From the NCBI GenBank assembly GCA_964343955.1, contig CAYFKU010000006.1:6016-70015 (forward strand): a DNA stretch of 64,000 nucleotides. The letters run 5' to 3'. The translations under genes were made by a program, and so were the position numbers. The stretch's first letter is position 1; every line of letters begins with the position of its first letter. This document shows positions 9,464 through 20,875 of the stretch, one piece after another. The notes beneath the pieces are model-generated. The model saw only the letters and a program-made list of their open reading frames with translations. It made no database searches and had not been told where the DNA came from. The stretch is from an uncultured Rhizobium sp. GTDB lineage: Bacteria; Pseudomonadota; Alphaproteobacteria; Micropepsales; Micropepsaceae.

Positions 9464-10381
9464 ATGGCCTTACGGCTCGCATTTATGGGAACACCGGACT
9501 TTGCGGTGCCCACCCTTGCCGAATTGCTGGCGCAGGGCCACGACATCGCCTGCGTTTACTCCCAGCCTCCGCGCCCCAAGGGGCGTGGCATGGTGCTGGA
9601 GCCGACGCCGGTCCATCAGTTCGCGCAGAAAGCCGGTCTGCCGGTGCGCCATCCGGTGTCGCTGAAGGGTGAAGCCGAACAGGCGGAGTTTGCGGCGCTG
9701 GACCTGGATGCCGCCATTGTCGTGGCCTATGGCCTGCTGCTGCCCAAGGCCATTCTGGATGCGCCCCGGCTGGGCTGTTTCAACCTGCACGCTTCCCTGT
9801 TGCCGCGCTGGCGTGGCGCGGCCCCCATCCAGCGCGCTGTCATGGCCGGCGATGAAGAAACCGGCGTGATGGTGATGCAGATGGAAGAGGGGCTGGATAC
9901 CGGCCCCGTGCTGATGGCCGAGCGGGTCCGGACCGGCCGCAAGACCAGCGGCGAACTGACCACCGAATTGTCGCGGCTTGGCGCCGACCTGATGGTGCGG
10001 GCGCTGGGTGCGCTGGAGCGCGGCGCGGTAACGCCCCAGCCGCAAAGCCCGGACGGTGTCACTTACGCCAAAAAGATCACCAAGGAAGAAGCCCGCATCG
10101 ACTGGTCGAAAACTGCGTCCGAGATCGATGCCATGGTCCGTGGCTTGGCGCCTGCACCGGGCGCCTTCACGGAAATCAATGGCGAGCGGCTGAAAATCCT
10201 GTCGGCCATGCCGGTCAAGGAACGCGGTGCGCCTGGCACCGTCATCACCGACGACCTGACCGTGGCCTGCGGCGAAGGCGCGTTGAAACTTTTGAAAGTG
10301 CAGCGCGCCGGCAAGGGCGTGATGGATGCGCGCGAGCTGCTCAAGGGCTTTGCCTTGCCGCCCGGCACCCGCTTTTCGTAA
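9464..10381 (+). CDS. fmt: Methionyl-tRNA formyltransferase
   Basis: [35 protein letters not shown]; start moved to ATG 9464. Confidence 0.97.
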   Translation: MALRLAFMGTPDFAVPTLAELLAQGHDIACVYSQPPRPKGRGMVLEPTPVHQFAQKAGLPVRHPVSLKGEAEQAEFAALDLDAAIVVAYGLLLPKAILDAPRLGCFNLHASLLPRWRGAAPIQRAVMAGDEETGVMVMQMEEGLDTGPVLMAERVRTGRKTSGELTTELSRLGADLMVRALGALERGAVTPQPQSPDGVTYAKKITKEEARIDWSKTASEIDAMVRGLAPAPGAFTEINGERLKILSAMPVKERGAPGTVITDDLTVACGEGALKLLKVQRAGKGVMDARELLKGFALPPGTRFS

Positions 10382-11118
10382 TGCCGCGCTATCGCCTGAC
10401 GCTGGAATATGACGGCGGCCCCTTTGTCGGATGGCAGCGCCAGAATGAAGGCGCGTCCGTGCAGGGCGCGCTGGAAGCGGCGATCGAGAAATTGTCGGGC
10501 GAACGCGTGACCGTGACCGGCGCCGGCCGCACCGATGCTGGTGTTCATGCCCTGGGCCAGGTGGCGCATTTCGATCTGGTCAAGAGTTTCGAGCCTGGCA
10601 AGGTGCGCGATGCGCTGAACTATCATGTGCGCCCCGATCCGGTGTCGGTGCTGGATGCCGCCGAAGTGGGTGAAGATTTCCACGCCCGCTTTAACGCCAC
10701 GGCGCGGCACTATCTGTTCCGCATTCTGAACCGCCGCAGCCCGCCGGCCCTGGATGCGGGCAAGTTCTGGCATGTCTCGCCCAAGCTGGATGCCGAGGCG
10801 ATGCATGCCGCCGCCCAGTTCCTGGTCGGGCAGCACGACTTCACAACTTTCCGCGCCGCCGAATGTCAGGCCCAATCCCCGGTCAAAACCCTCGATCGCC
10901 TGGATGTCAGTCAACGCGGCGAGGAAATCCATATCGAAGCCGGTGCCCGCTCCTTCCTGCATCACCAGATCCGCTCCTTTGCCGGAACGCTGAAGCTGGT
11001 GGGCGAAGGCAAATGGCAGCCGCGCGATGTGAAGCGGGCACTGGAAGCACGCGACCGGTCCGCCTGCGGCCCCGTAGCGCCGCCGGAAGGCCTGTATCTG
11101 GTGCGGGTGGATTACTGA
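10381..11118 (+). CDS. truA: tRNA pseudouridine(38-40) synthase TruA
   Basis: [31 protein letters not shown]. Confidence 0.97.
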   Translation: MPRYRLTLEYDGGPFVGWQRQNEGASVQGALEAAIEKLSGERVTVTGAGRTDAGVHALGQVAHFDLVKSFEPGKVRDALNYHVRPDPVSVLDAAEVGEDFHARFNATARHYLFRILNRRSPPALDAGKFWHVSPKLDAEAMHAAAQFLVGQHDFTTFRAAECQAQSPVKTLDRLDVSQRGEEIHIEAGARSFLHHQIRSFAGTLKLVGEGKWQPRDVKRALEARDRSACGPVAPPEGLYLVRVDY

Positions 11119-11154
11119 ACGCATCTCCTCTCCCACAAGGGGAGCGGCATTGCG

Positions 11155-11991
11155 CTAAAGATCGACCAGCGTCACCGCGCCGGGATCGATCGGCTCGCCC
11201 AGGAATATCTCGCCCAGATGGGCGAAACGGCCGGGCGCGTCGGTGGCCAAAAAAAGTGAAGAACCGAAGCGCGGCGGCTGGGCTGGCCCGTCATTCAGCA
11301 AATTCCGCTCGCGCAAGATCTTTTCCACCGCCGCCGCCGTGGTCTCGGCGCTGTCCACCAGCGCCACGTCCGGGCCTGCCACTTTGGCGATGGTGGCTTT
11401 CAGGACCGGAAAATGGGTGCAGCCCAGCACCAGTCCGCGCGGATGCGGCACGGTCGCCAGCAACGGATCCAGATAGCGATGCGCCGCCAGTTCGGCGATC
11501 TGGCCGTCATGCAGGCCTTCTTCCGCCAGCGCGACAAACAGCGGGCAGGCCTGCTGCACCACGGGCATATGCGGCGCGATATCCTGAATGGCGCGGACAT
11601 AGGCACCGCCCTTGACCGTACCTTCGGTGGCGATCACCGCGATTGGCCCCTGGGGCGCGGCGGCAACGGCTGCTTCGGCACCCGGTTCGATCACCCCCAC
11701 CACCGGCAGGGGCGCCAGCGCTTCGGTCAGGGCCGGTACCGCGGCGGCGCTGGCGGTGTTGCATGCCACCACCAGCAGCTTGATGTCATGCTGCAACAGG
11801 GCGGCGGACGCCTGCACGGCATAGCGGGTCACGGTGTCGGCGCTTTTGGTGCCATAAGGCAGGCGCGCCGTATCGCCCAGATAGACCAGGGATTCGTTCG
11901 GCAGCCGCGCCTTGAGCGCCCGCATGACGGTAAGCCCGCCCATGCCGGAATCGAAGATGCCGATGGGGCGCCCGGAGTGTGACGCGGTCAA
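11155..11991 (-). CDS. murI: Glutamate racemase
   Basis: IGIFDSGMGGL, PYGTK, ACNTA, LGCTHFP; probable TTG start at 11991 overlapping the dapE stop. Confidence 0.95.
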   Translation of the reverse strand: MTASHSGRPIGIFDSGMGGLTVMRALKARLPNESLVYLGDTARLPYGTKSADTVTRYAVQASAALLQHDIKLLVVACNTASAAAVPALTEALAPLPVVGVIEPGAEAAVAAAPQGPIAVIATEGTVKGGAYVRAIQDIAPHMPVVQQACPLFVALAEEGLHDGQIAELAAHRYLDPLLATVPHPRGLVLGCTHFPVLKATIAKVAGPDVALVDSAETTAAAVEKILRERNLLNDGPAQPPRFGSSLFLATDAPGRFAHLGEIFLGEPIDPGAVTLVDL

Positions 11992-13154
11992 AGCGGCGGC
12001 TTGGCGAAATAGGCGGTCAGCAGCGCGGCATAGATGTCGGTCAGGGCCGCAATCTCGGCCACCGGCACGCACTCATCGGCCTTGTGCATGGTCGCGCCCG
12101 CCAGCCCCAGTTCGACCACCGGGCATATATCCTTGATGAAACGCGCATCCGATGTGCCGCCGCTGGTCGAGAAGAAAGGCGCCTGGCCGGTGACGCTGGC
12201 CACCGTGTCGCTGACAAGCTGTGTGAACTTGCCGGGCGCGGTCAGGAAGGCGACGCCACTGGTCTGGCTGGTGATGTCGATGCGGCAACCGGAACCCTGG
12301 GCGATGCGCTGGGCGCGGTCTTCCACCCAGTTGACCAGGCTTTCCGGCGTATGCCGGTCGTTGAAGCGAATATTGAAAGCCGCCCGCGCCTCGCCCGGGA
12401 TCACATTGGTGGCGCTGTTGCCCACATCCATGCTGGTGAAAGACAGGGAGGAAGGATCGAAATGCTCGGTGCCCTTGTCCAGCTTGTGCGCCGCGAACTG
12501 GGTCACCAGCTCGGCCAGCACGGGAATGGGATTCTTGGCCTTTTGCGGATAGCCGACATGGCCCTGAACGCCGGTCACCGTCACCTTGAAGTTGATCGAG
12601 CCGCGGCGGCCGATCTTCAAAGTATCGCCGGCCTTGCCCACCGATGTCGGTTCGCCCACCACGCAATGGTCTATCTTTTCGCCGCGCGCCTTCAGCCATT
12701 CCAGCAGCTTGACGGTACCATTGACCGCCGCGCCTTCCTCATCGCCCGTGATCAAAAGGCTGATGGAGCCATTGAAACTTTCTGTCGGCTTTCCCAGCCT
12801 TGCCGCCGCCGCGACAAAGGCGGCGATCGCCGATTTCATGTCGGCGGCGCCGCGGCCATACAGCATGCCGTCGCGCACATCCGCGGCGAAGGGATCGGCC
12901 TTCCAGCCTTCACCCACCGGCACCACGTCGGTATGGCCGGCGAAGCAGAAATGCGGGCTCCCATCGCCCAGCCTGGCATAGAGATTGTCCACATCGCCAA
13001 AGGGCAGGCGATGAATGGAAAAGCCCAGGCCCTTCAGCACCGCTTCCAGCACATCCAGCGCGCCCGCATCCTGCGGCGTCACCGACGGCCGGCGGATCAG
13101 CGCCTGGGCCAGGGCAAGGGCATCGATCCAGGCTTTATCGGCGGCCGTCATCAT
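11988..13154 (-). CDS. dapE: Succinyl-diaminopimelate desuccinylase
   Basis: [35 protein letters not shown] near the C-terminus. Confidence 0.96.
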   Translation of the reverse strand: MMTAADKAWIDALALAQALIRRPSVTPQDAGALDVLEAVLKGLGFSIHRLPFGDVDNLYARLGDGSPHFCFAGHTDVVPVGEGWKADPFAADVRDGMLYGRGAADMKSAIAAFVAAAARLGKPTESFNGSISLLITGDEEGAAVNGTVKLLEWLKARGEKIDHCVVGEPTSVGKAGDTLKIGRRGSINFKVTVTGVQGHVGYPQKAKNPIPVLAELVTQFAAHKLDKGTEHFDPSSLSFTSMDVGNSATNVIPGEARAAFNIRFNDRHTPESLVNWVEDRAQRIAQGSGCRIDITSQTSGVAFLTAPGKFTQLVSDTVASVTGQAPFFSTSGGTSDARFIKDICPVVELGLAGATMHKADECVPVAEIAALTDIYAALLTAYFAKPPL

Positions 13155-13987
13155 TCGCGCAGCAATTCGTTGATGGAGGTCTTGGCGCGGGTCTTCTCAT
13201 CCACCCGCTTGACGATCACGGCGCAATAAAGATTGGGACCGGCGCCGCTGCCGGAAGGCATGGAGCCGGACACCACCACCGAATAGGGGGGCACCTTGCC
13301 CAGATGCACTTCGCCCGTGGCGCGGTCGACGATCCGCGTGGAGCCCGACAGATAGACACCCATCGACAGCACGCTGCCTTCGCCGACGATCACTCCTTCG
13401 GCCACTTCGGCGCGGGCGCCGATAAAGCAATTGTCCTCGATGATGGTGGGCGCGGCCTGCAGCGGCTCCAGGACCCCGCCGATACCGGCACCGCCCGAAA
13501 TATGGCAATGCGCGCCGACCTGGGCGCAGGAGCCGACAGTAGCCCAGGTGTCGATCATGGTGCCCTCGCCGACACGGGCGCCGACATTGACGAAACTGGG
13601 CATCAGCACCGCGCCCTTGGCGATAAAGGCCGAGCGGCGGACGATGGCGCCGGGCACGGCGCGAAAGCCGGCGGCGCGGAACCTGGCTTCATCCCAGCCC
13701 AGGAACTTGGAATCCACCTTGTCCCACCAGACTGATTTGGGGTCTGGGCCGCCCGGGGCACCCTCGATCAGCTTCATGTCGTTGAGCCGGAAGGACAGCA
13801 GCACGGCCTTTTTCAGCCATTCGCGCACCTTCCATTCGGCGCCCAGCTTTTCGGCCACCCGCAGGCTGCCGCTATCCAGCCCTTCCAGCGCGGCTTCCAC
13901 CGCATCGCGCTCCACGCCCCTGGACTGAGGGCCCAGCAGCTCCCGCTTTTCCCAGGCCGCTTCTATGGCAGTGCTCAGTTCGCTCAT
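13151..13987 (-). CDS. dapD: 2,3,4,5-tetrahydropyridine-2,6-dicarboxylate N-succinyltransferase
   Basis: [16 protein letters not shown], hexapeptide repeats, GGVLEPLQA. Confidence 0.97.
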   Translation of the reverse strand: MSELSTAIEAAWEKRELLGPQSRGVERDAVEAALEGLDSGSLRVAEKLGAEWKVREWLKKAVLLSFRLNDMKLIEGAPGGPDPKSVWWDKVDSKFLGWDEARFRAAGFRAVPGAIVRRSAFIAKGAVLMPSFVNVGARVGEGTMIDTWATVGSCAQVGAHCHISGGAGIGGVLEPLQAAPTIIEDNCFIGARAEVAEGVIVGEGSVLSMGVYLSGSTRIVDRATGEVHLGKVPPYSVVVSGSMPSGSGAGPNLYCAVIVKRVDEKTRAKTSINELLRE

Positions 13988-13988
13988 G

Positions 13989-14717
13989 TCAGATCCTGAT
14001 ACGGTTCAGAAAGCCGGCAAGATTGTCGGTCTCATGGTCGATATCGCCTGGGGCGACATCCATCAAGGGGCCATGCTGGCCCCAGGGGGCGTCGGTCTTC
14101 AGCCAGACGGTGGTCATGCCGGCCGCCCGGGCGGGCACCAGATTGCGCGCGATGTCGTCGAACATGGCGGCCCGCGGACCATCCACCGCCCCGGCCGCCA
14201 TCACCTGGGCATAGGCCGCGGGGCTGGGCTTGGGGCTGAACCCGATGGTGCGAATATCCCAGACGGCGTCAAAACTGTCCGCCAGCCCGATCCGGTCCAG
14301 GATGCGGGCGGCATGGTTGGCGCAGCCATTGGTGAAGATGAAGCGCTGCCCCGGCAGCCGCGCCAGCGCCGCCTTCAGGTCGCGGTCCGGCCCCAGATCG
14401 CCCAGGTCGATGTCGTGAACATAGGCCAGATAATCCTCGGCGTCGCAGTCATGCCGGTGCATCAGCCCATTCAGGGTGGTGCCATATTGCCGGTAGAGGT
14501 CTTTTTGCACCGCCCGCGCCGCATCCCGCGGCAGCTTCAACAGCCGCTCCACATAGTCGGTCATGCGCGCCTCGATCTGGGCGAAGATGCCGTTGTCCGC
14601 GCGATAGAGCGTATTGTCCAGATCGAAGATCCAGCTACGGACATGGCGGAAGTCGGGACGGGAAGCCCCGGCCGCGCCATCCTCCGCGATATCCAGGCTG
14701 CTGCTCTGTCCGGCCAT
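13989..14717 (-). CDS. HAD-family pyrimidine 5'-nucleotidase
   Basis: [23 protein letters not shown]; start approximate. Confidence 0.9.
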   Translation of the reverse strand: MAGQSSSLDIAEDGAAGASRPDFRHVRSWIFDLDNTLYRADNGIFAQIEARMTDYVERLLKLPRDAARAVQKDLYRQYGTTLNGLMHRHDCDAEDYLAYVHDIDLGDLGPDRDLKAALARLPGQRFIFTNGCANHAARILDRIGLADSFDAVWDIRTIGFSPKPSPAAYAQVMAAGAVDGPRAAMFDDIARNLVPARAAGMTTVWLKTDAPWGQHGPLMDVAPGDIDHETDNLAGFLNRIRI

Positions 14718-14782
14718 GGCCGGAAAGATGGCGCGGGCGGCGCCGGCGCGCAAGGACCGTTAACGCGCATCCACCATGCCGG

Positions 14783-14797
14783 TTTAAAGCCTGTTAA
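14783..14797. promoter_or_regulatory. CtrA-like box (one mismatch) in the divergent nucleotidase/DUF2336 promoter region
   Basis: TTTA-N7-TTAA versus the consensus TTAA-N7-TTAA; an extra GTTAAC half-site at 14759-14764. Confidence 0.35.
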
Positions 14798-14841
14798 AGC
14801 GCGGCAAGCCAATATGCGCCCCTGCAAGGTATGGATTGCAT

Positions 14842-16101
14842 ATGAGCCAGCCGACAGCATCGCGACCTTCAGGGCCTGGGCTGGATCCCCGCGACGCCCT
14901 CCATCTTCTGGAAAGCCGTACCCGCGAACAGATGAAGGGCGGCGCCACGGAACTCGCGGCCAAGCCCGATGTCGGTCCCGACGTGCTGCATTACCTGGCG
15001 CAGAACGGCTCGCCCGTGGTGCGGGCCGCGGTCGCGGCCAACACCGCCGCCGCGGCGCACACCAATCGCTATCTCGCCGATGACGAAGACGAGGATGTGC
15101 GCGCCGAACTGGCGCGCAAGGTCGCGCGGCTGATGCCCGGCCTGTCGGAGCGCGAGAATGCGCGGGTGATGGCGCTGACCATTGAAACCCTGGAATGCCT
15201 GGCCCGCGATGCCGCGGTGCGCGTGCGCGCTATTCTGGCCGAAGAGATCAAGTTGCTGGATTGCGTTCCCAAGCATCTGGTCCTGGGGCTGGCGCGCGAC
15301 GTGAACGCCATTGTCGCGGTGCCCATCCTGCAATATTCGCCGCTGCTTTCCGACAGCGACCTGATGGAGATCATTGCCTGCGGCCAGGTGCAGGACGTCC
15401 TGACCGCCATCGCCAACCGCAAGCCGGTCAGCGAAGCGGTAAGCGACAAGCTGGTGCAGAGCCTGGACGTGCCCTCGGTGGCGGCGCTGCTGGTCAATGC
15501 GGATGCCAATATCCGCAAGGACACGATGGACCGCATCATCGATCAGGCCGAGGAGATCAGCTCCTGGCACCTGCCGTTGGCGCTGCGCGCCGATCTGTCC
15601 GCGCGCGCCATCCGCCGCATCGGTTCACTGGTGGGCGCTTCCATCCTGGAACGGCTGGCGGCGCGTCATGACCTGTCGGAGACAACGCGCGCCCATTTGA
15701 ACCGCGAATTGCGGGCGCGGCTGGCCGAAGTGCCCGCTGAGACGCCGGCGGCATCGCTGGCCGATCTGGTGGCTGCGGCGAAAAAGGAAGGCCGGCTCGA
15801 TGCCGCCTTTGTCGAACATGCCGCCCAGAACGGCAAGCGCGAGCTTCTGGTCGCGGCGCTGGCGCAGCTTGCCGATGTGCCCGAACTTACGGTCAAGAAG
15901 ATCCTGAATTCGGGCAGCGCCAAGCCGGTCATCGCCCTGATCTGGCATGCGCATCTGACCATGCGCGTGGCGTTCAAGATCCAGACCGGGATTTTGAAAC
16001 TGTCCGGCCGCGATCTTCTGCCGGCGCGGGGCGGCATCGGCTTTCCCCTGACCAAGGAAGAGATGCGCTGGCATCTGGGCTTCTTCGATATTTCGGCCTG
16101 A
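14842..16101 (+). CDS. DUF2336 domain-containing protein
   Basis: Helical repeat protein with LARD...VR..LAEEI, VA.PILQYSPLL.D.DL, AIANR motifs typical of DUF2336. Confidence 0.8.
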   Translation: MSQPTASRPSGPGLDPRDALHLLESRTREQMKGGATELAAKPDVGPDVLHYLAQNGSPVVRAAVAANTAAAAHTNRYLADDEDEDVRAELARKVARLMPGLSERENARVMALTIETLECLARDAAVRVRAILAEEIKLLDCVPKHLVLGLARDVNAIVAVPILQYSPLLSDSDLMEIIACGQVQDVLTAIANRKPVSEAVSDKLVQSLDVPSVAALLVNADANIRKDTMDRIIDQAEEISSWHLPLALRADLSARAIRRIGSLVGASILERLAARHDLSETTRAHLNRELRARLAEVPAETPAASLADLVAAAKKEGRLDAAFVEHAAQNGKRELLVAALAQLADVPELTVKKILNSGSAKPVIALIWHAHLTMRVAFKIQTGILKLSGRDLLPARGGIGFPLTKEEMRWHLGFFDISA

Positions 16102-16138
16102 TCCGTCACGCCTGTTTTTCAGGCGTGACAAGACGCGG

Positions 16139-17131
16139 TCAGCGCTTGAGCCCCGCCGCTCCGATGCGCGCGATGAAGCCGCTTAAGCCTTTTGTCGGTG
16201 TTGGCGCGAAGCCCGATTCGGTCAGCCCGCGCGCGGCGCAATTGCTGTTGCCCTGGATCTCGAAAGGTGCGGCGGTGGTGCAGAAGCGCTGGGCGCCGCC
16301 GACCAGCGTGCCGCCGTTCCTGCGCTGGGCCAGCAGATAGACCGTATCGCCGGACAGCGGGTTTGTCAGGGCGCGGGCGCAGGCGCCGCCCGCCACGGTC
16401 CACCAGCCGCGCGAAACCGGTTTGCCGCGCTCGATCTGGCCCAGCGCCACCAGCAGCGCGTCATGGCTGTCGTTGCAGATGGTGTATCCGGCCGGCGCGA
16501 TCTTGCTCCGGGCCTCATTTTCCAGCGCCGCGAACAGCTCGGCATTGCCGGCGGTGGGCGCAAAGCGCATCCGCTTGCGGAAATCCACCAGGGCCGCCCC
16601 CGTGGCCTTGTCCGGCTTTCCGTCGATGCGCGCGATCGGATAGCCATTGTCCTTGAGCAGGCGCTTGACGCCGGCAAGCTGCGCCTGGGTCTGGGACATG
16701 ACCGGCTGCTCGTCGAAATTCATGGTCCAGACGCTTCTGCCGCCGGTGACCACCGGCGCGAAAGGAAGCGCGAATGTCCCCTCTGCGGTGCAGGCGGCCT
16801 GGGCACCCGTCTGCCGGATCGTGAAATTGCCGTCCTTGACGCACATCGGATACGCGCCACCCCAGGCGCGCGCCGGTCCCGAATGGGCCAGGCTCGAGCG
16901 CGCATGCACCAGGTAGCTCTCGGCCGCCAGCGGCTCCTTGCGCGCCACCTGGCATTCGCCGGGCGCCAGCCGCGTCCAGCCTTGCGTCTCGCTGCGCGGG
17001 CTCTGTATCGCCGCCGTGGCGGCGTAAAGAATATATCCGGTGCGGTTGCAGAGATTGAGCGCGGCCTGGGCGGGCAGCGGCGCCGCCAGCCCGGCCAGCA
17101 GCAGGCTCGCGCCAAACAGGCCCCGCATCAT
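16139..17131 (-). CDS. Secreted protein with two DUF1036-like Cys-containing repeats flanking a PG-binding-like segment
   Basis: Signal peptide (AQA-A); repeats LCNRT...GWTRLAPGEC and ICNDS...GWWTVAGGAC; central GY...IDG...T..A..DF. Confidence 0.65.
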   Translation of the reverse strand: MMRGLFGASLLLAGLAAPLPAQAALNLCNRTGYILYAATAAIQSPRSETQGWTRLAPGECQVARKEPLAAESYLVHARSSLAHSGPARAWGGAYPMCVKDGNFTIRQTGAQAACTAEGTFALPFAPVVTGGRSVWTMNFDEQPVMSQTQAQLAGVKRLLKDNGYPIARIDGKPDKATGAALVDFRKRMRFAPTAGNAELFAALENEARSKIAPAGYTICNDSHDALLVALGQIERGKPVSRGWWTVAGGACARALTNPLSGDTVYLLAQRRNGGTLVGGAQRFCTTAAPFEIQGNSNCAARGLTESGFAPTPTKGLSGFIARIGAAGLKR

Positions 17132-17146
17132 TCCGCCGTGACCACT

Positions 17147-18073
17147 CTAATCCGCGGTAATCAGCGTCCCCGCGCCATGCTCGGTGAAAAGTTCGAGCAA
17201 CAGCACATGGGGGATGCGACCGTCCAGGATGACCGCGGCATTGACCCCGCCCTCGACCGCGTCGATCGCGGTCTGGATCTTGGGGATCATGCCGCCGGAG
17301 ATCGTGCCGTCGGCGATCAGGGCGCGCGCCTCGCGCACCGACAGGCGGGGGATCAGCTTCTTGTCCTGGTCCAGCACACCTTCGACATCGGTCAGCAGCA
17401 CCAGGCGCTCGGCCTTGAGGGACGATGCCACCGCGCCCGCAACCGTGTCGGCATTTATGTTATAGGTCTCGCCCTTGCGGCCCACGCCGATCGGCGCGAT
17501 CACCGGAATGGTCTCGGACTTCATGATGGAATGAAGCACTTCGGGATTGACCGTCTCCGGCTCGCCGACAAAGCCCAGATCGACCGCTTCCTTTTCGCCG
17601 GTCGCCGGGTTGGTGCGGGTCATCGCCACTTTGCGGGCAATCACCAGATTGCCGTCCTTGCCCGACAGGCCGACGGCCCGGCCGCCGGCGGCATTGATGC
17701 CGGTGACGATCTGCTTGTTGATGGAGCCGGTCAGCACCATCTCCACCACCTCCACCGCCGCTTCGTCGGTGACGCGCAGCCCGTCGATGAAGGTGGAGTT
17801 GATGTTGAGCTTCTTGAGCATGGCCCCGATCTGGGGGCCGCCACCATGCACCACAACCGGATCGATGCCGGTCTGCTTCATCAGCACGATGTCCTGGCTG
17901 AAGTCGTGCGCGCCCGTGTCGGTCATGGCGTTGCCGCCATACTTCACCACGATGGTCTTCTGGTCATATTTGAGAATATAGGGCAGCGCCTCGACCAGCA
18001 CCCGGCCGGTCTGGCGCCAGCGGGCCAGGGTGCGCAGGTTGCGGTCTTCAGGCTCTTCAGGGGATCCGGCCAT
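17147..18073 (-). CDS. argB: Acetylglutamate kinase
   Basis: [36 protein letters not shown]. Confidence 0.97.
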   Translation of the reverse strand: MAGSPEEPEDRNLRTLARWRQTGRVLVEALPYILKYDQKTIVVKYGGNAMTDTGAHDFSQDIVLMKQTGIDPVVVHGGGPQIGAMLKKLNINSTFIDGLRVTDEAAVEVVEMVLTGSINKQIVTGINAAGGRAVGLSGKDGNLVIARKVAMTRTNPATGEKEAVDLGFVGEPETVNPEVLHSIMKSETIPVIAPIGVGRKGETYNINADTVAGAVASSLKAERLVLLTDVEGVLDQDKKLIPRLSVREARALIADGTISGGMIPKIQTAIDAVEGGVNAAVILDGRIPHVLLLELFTEHGAGTLITAD

Positions 18074-18171
18074 GCGCTGCGCCCAAAGGTCAAAAGGGTG
18101 GGAAAGCGGGGCCTTATAACGCGCTCCCGCGCGCGGCCCAACCCTTTATTGCGCCAGCCTAATCAGCCGGA

Positions 18172-18816
18172 TCACCGTGCGAGGGCCGCCAGGTGGGTCC
18201 GCAAGCCTTCCATGCCCTCGCCCTTGAGGGCCGAGGTTACCTGGACTTGCGCCAGGGCGGCCGTGTGGCGGCCTGCTTCGTCCGCCGCGGCGCCCAGCGC
18301 CCTGTCCCGTTCCGCCGGCTTGAGTTCATCGCTCTTGGTCAGGACCAGGCCATAGGAAACCGCGGCCCTGTCCAGCAGGTCCATCACTTGCCGGTCGGTA
18401 TCCATCACCCCCCGGCGGGCGTCGATCAGCACCAGCACGCGCCGCAGCCGGGACCGGGTTCGCAGATAGAAGAAGATCATCTCCTGCCAGGCCTCGGCTT
18501 CGGTTTTGGAGCGCTTGGCGAAGCCATAGCCGGGCAGGTCCACCAGCATCAGCCGCCCGCCCAGGTTGAAGAAGTTGATCTGGCGTGTGGCGCCGGGGGT
18601 CTGCGAGACGCGCGCCAGGCTTTTGCGGCCTGTCAGCGCATTGACCAGGCTGGACTTGCCGGCGTTGGAGCGGCCGACAAAGGCGACCTCGTTCAGGCCA
18701 TCCGGTGGAAAATTCTGGGGGCTGGTGGCGCCCCAGACGAAATCGCAGGGACCGGCGAACAGCTTGCGCGCCGCTTCCTCAGCATCACCTTCCGCGTCAC
18801 CGGGCGCATCAGTCAT
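18172..18816 (-). CDS. engB: Ribosome biogenesis GTP-binding protein YihA/YsxC (EngB)
   Basis: GRSNAGKSS, TPGAT, DLPGYG, TKSD. Confidence 0.96.
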   Translation of the reverse strand: MTDAPGDAEGDAEEAARKLFAGPCDFVWGATSPQNFPPDGLNEVAFVGRSNAGKSSLVNALTGRKSLARVSQTPGATRQINFFNLGGRLMLVDLPGYGFAKRSKTEAEAWQEMIFFYLRTRSRLRRVLVLIDARRGVMDTDRQVMDLLDRAAVSYGLVLTKSDELKPAERDRALGAAADEAGRHTAALAQVQVTSALKGEGMEGLRTHLAALAR

Positions 18817-20605
18817 TCGCCGCTTTCGGGTTCCGGCCCCGGATATTGTCGAACAGGGTCACCTCAACGCCTTCGCGCTTCATGATGTAGGCCTGCTGGA
18901 TGACCGACAGAAGATTGTTCCAGGCGTAATAGATCACCAGGCCCGCCGGGAAGGTCGCGAACATGAAAGTGAAGATCAGCGGCATGAAGGAGAACATCTT
19001 GGCCTGCACCGGATCGGGCGGCGGCGGATTCAGCTTGGTCTGAACCCATTGGGTGATGCCGTACAGGATCGGCCAGACCCCGATGGAGAGGAAGGCGATG
19101 AAGCTGGGCAGCACCGCATGCGGATTATAGGGGATCAGGCCGAACAGATTCAGGATCGAGGTCGGATCGGGCGCCGACAGATCGTGAATCCAGCCAAAGA
19201 AGGGCGCGTGGCGCATCTCGATGGTGACGAAGAGCACCTTGTAGAGCGAGAAGAAGACCGGAATGGTGAGAAGGATCGGCAGGCAGCCCGACAGCGGATT
19301 CGCCTTTTCCCGCTTGTAGAGATCCATCATCGCCATCTGAAGCTGCTGCGGATCGTCCTTGTGCTGCTTCTTCAGCGCCTCCATCTGCGGCTGCAGCTTC
19401 TTGATCTTGCTCATGGAGCGGAAGCTGGCGCTTTGCAGGGGGAAGAACAGCAGGCGCACCACAATGGTCAGGCCCAGAATGGCCAGGCCGAAATTGCCGA
19501 ACAGCTTGTTCAGGTGATTGAGCATCCAGAAGAAGGGCTTGGTAAGGAACCAGAACCAGCCCCAGTCCACCGCCAGGTCGAACCTGGGAACATTCTGGTG
19601 GCGCTCGTAGTTCTGAAGAATGTCCACCACCTTGGCGCCCGCGAACAGCCGGTGGCTGACCTTGACGGTGGCGCCGGGGGCGATGTTGCGCTGGTTCAGC
19701 CGATAGCTGGACTGGAAGGCATCCACACCCGCCTGCGTCTTTGCGCCCAGATAGCTGCCATTGAAACTTTCTCCCTGGGGCGGAATCGCCGCCGCCATCC
19801 AGTATTTGTCGGTGATGCCGACCCAGCCGCCGGTGGAGCTGAACGTCTTGGCCGGAGTGACCGGCTCCTTGAAGTCGGTATATTTCGCATCGATCTCGCT
19901 GCCATTGGCAACGCCGATAAACCCGGTATGCAGCGAGAAGCTGCCTTCATCATGCTGGATCTTCTGACGCTCCACCGCGCCATAGGGATAAAGGCTCACT
20001 ACCGCGCCGCCCTGGTTGGCGACGCTGTCGGTGACGGTGAACATGTATCTGTCATCGACCGCGATGGTGCGGGTGAAGGAAAGGCCCTGGCCATTGTCCC
20101 AGGTCAGGGTCACGGGATGGCCCGGCGACAGGGTGCCGCCGCCGGTCTGGCGCCATTCGCTCTTGTCGTCCGGCATGCCGGATGCGCCGACCCAGCCGAA
20201 CTGGGCGTAATAGGGATATTCGGTGCTCTTGGGGGCCAGCAGCACGATCTCGGGCGACTTGGGGTCCACCGTGTCGCGATATTTCTTCAGGCGCAGATCG
20301 TCGAAACGCGCGCCTTTCAGCAGGATCGAGCCATCCACCATCGGCGTGTCGATGGCGACGCGCGGGCCATCGGCCTTCAGCGCATCGTCGCGCGTCATCT
20401 TCTTTTCCGCCGCGCCGATGCCGGGCAGCTCCGGGCCGGCGCCGGGCGCGGCCTTGGCCGCTTCGCCGGGCTTGGCCTGCTTCGAAAGGGCCGCCTGGCG
20501 CGCCTGTTCCTGCTTCATGGCGGGCGTGGCCACGAAATATTGCCAGACGAACAGCGTTGCCGCCGCCAGCATGATCGCCAGAAGGACGTTCTTGTTGTTG
20601 TTCAT
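18809..20605 (-). CDS. yidC: Membrane protein insertase YidC
   Basis: N-terminal TM, periplasmic domain (ITDKYW), VDWGW, C-terminal TMs GCLP, APDP, PAGLVIYY; start at ATG 20605. Confidence 0.97.
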   Translation of the reverse strand: MNNNKNVLLAIMLAAATLFVWQYFVATPAMKQEQARQAALSKQAKPGEAAKAAPGAGPELPGIGAAEKKMTRDDALKADGPRVAIDTPMVDGSILLKGARFDDLRLKKYRDTVDPKSPEIVLLAPKSTEYPYYAQFGWVGASGMPDDKSEWRQTGGGTLSPGHPVTLTWDNGQGLSFTRTIAVDDRYMFTVTDSVANQGGAVVSLYPYGAVERQKIQHDEGSFSLHTGFIGVANGSEIDAKYTDFKEPVTPAKTFSSTGGWVGITDKYWMAAAIPPQGESFNGSYLGAKTQAGVDAFQSSYRLNQRNIAPGATVKVSHRLFAGAKVVDILQNYERHQNVPRFDLAVDWGWFWFLTKPFFWMLNHLNKLFGNFGLAILGLTIVVRLLFFPLQSASFRSMSKIKKLQPQMEALKKQHKDDPQQLQMAMMDLYKREKANPLSGCLPILLTIPVFFSLYKVLFVTIEMRHAPFFGWIHDLSAPDPTSILNLFGLIPYNPHAVLPSFIAFLSIGVWPILYGITQWVQTKLNPPPPDPVQAKMFSFMPLIFTFMFATFPAGLVIYYAWNNLLSVIQQAYIMKREGVEVTLFDNIRGRNPKAAND

Positions 20606-20871
20606 GGATGCCGTGTCTTGCAAAGGGAATGGGAAGGGACGGGATCGAAGCCGGACGAGCCGCCCAGCCAGGCGATGGGATGGCAGCGGCTGAGCCGCCT
20701 GAGCGTAAGCCAAAGGCCCTTGACCGGGCCATGCGTCTGCAGCGCTTCAAGCGCATATGCCGAGCAGCTTGGCGTAAAGCGGCAGACATGGGGCATCAGG
20801 GGCGACAGCAAGATGCGATAGGCGCGGACGGGCGCGGAGACGATCGCGATGGCTATCCGGCGCGCAAGCAT
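20602..20871 (-). CDS. yidD: Membrane protein insertion efficiency factor YidD
   Basis: CRFTPSCSAYA, HG...G.WL, RCHP, GFDPVP. Confidence 0.93.
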   Translation of the reverse strand: MLARRIAIAIVSAPVRAYRILLSPLMPHVCRFTPSCSAYALEALQTHGPVKGLWLTLRRLSRCHPIAWLGGSSGFDPVPSHSLCKTRHP

Positions 20872-20875
20872 GCTT

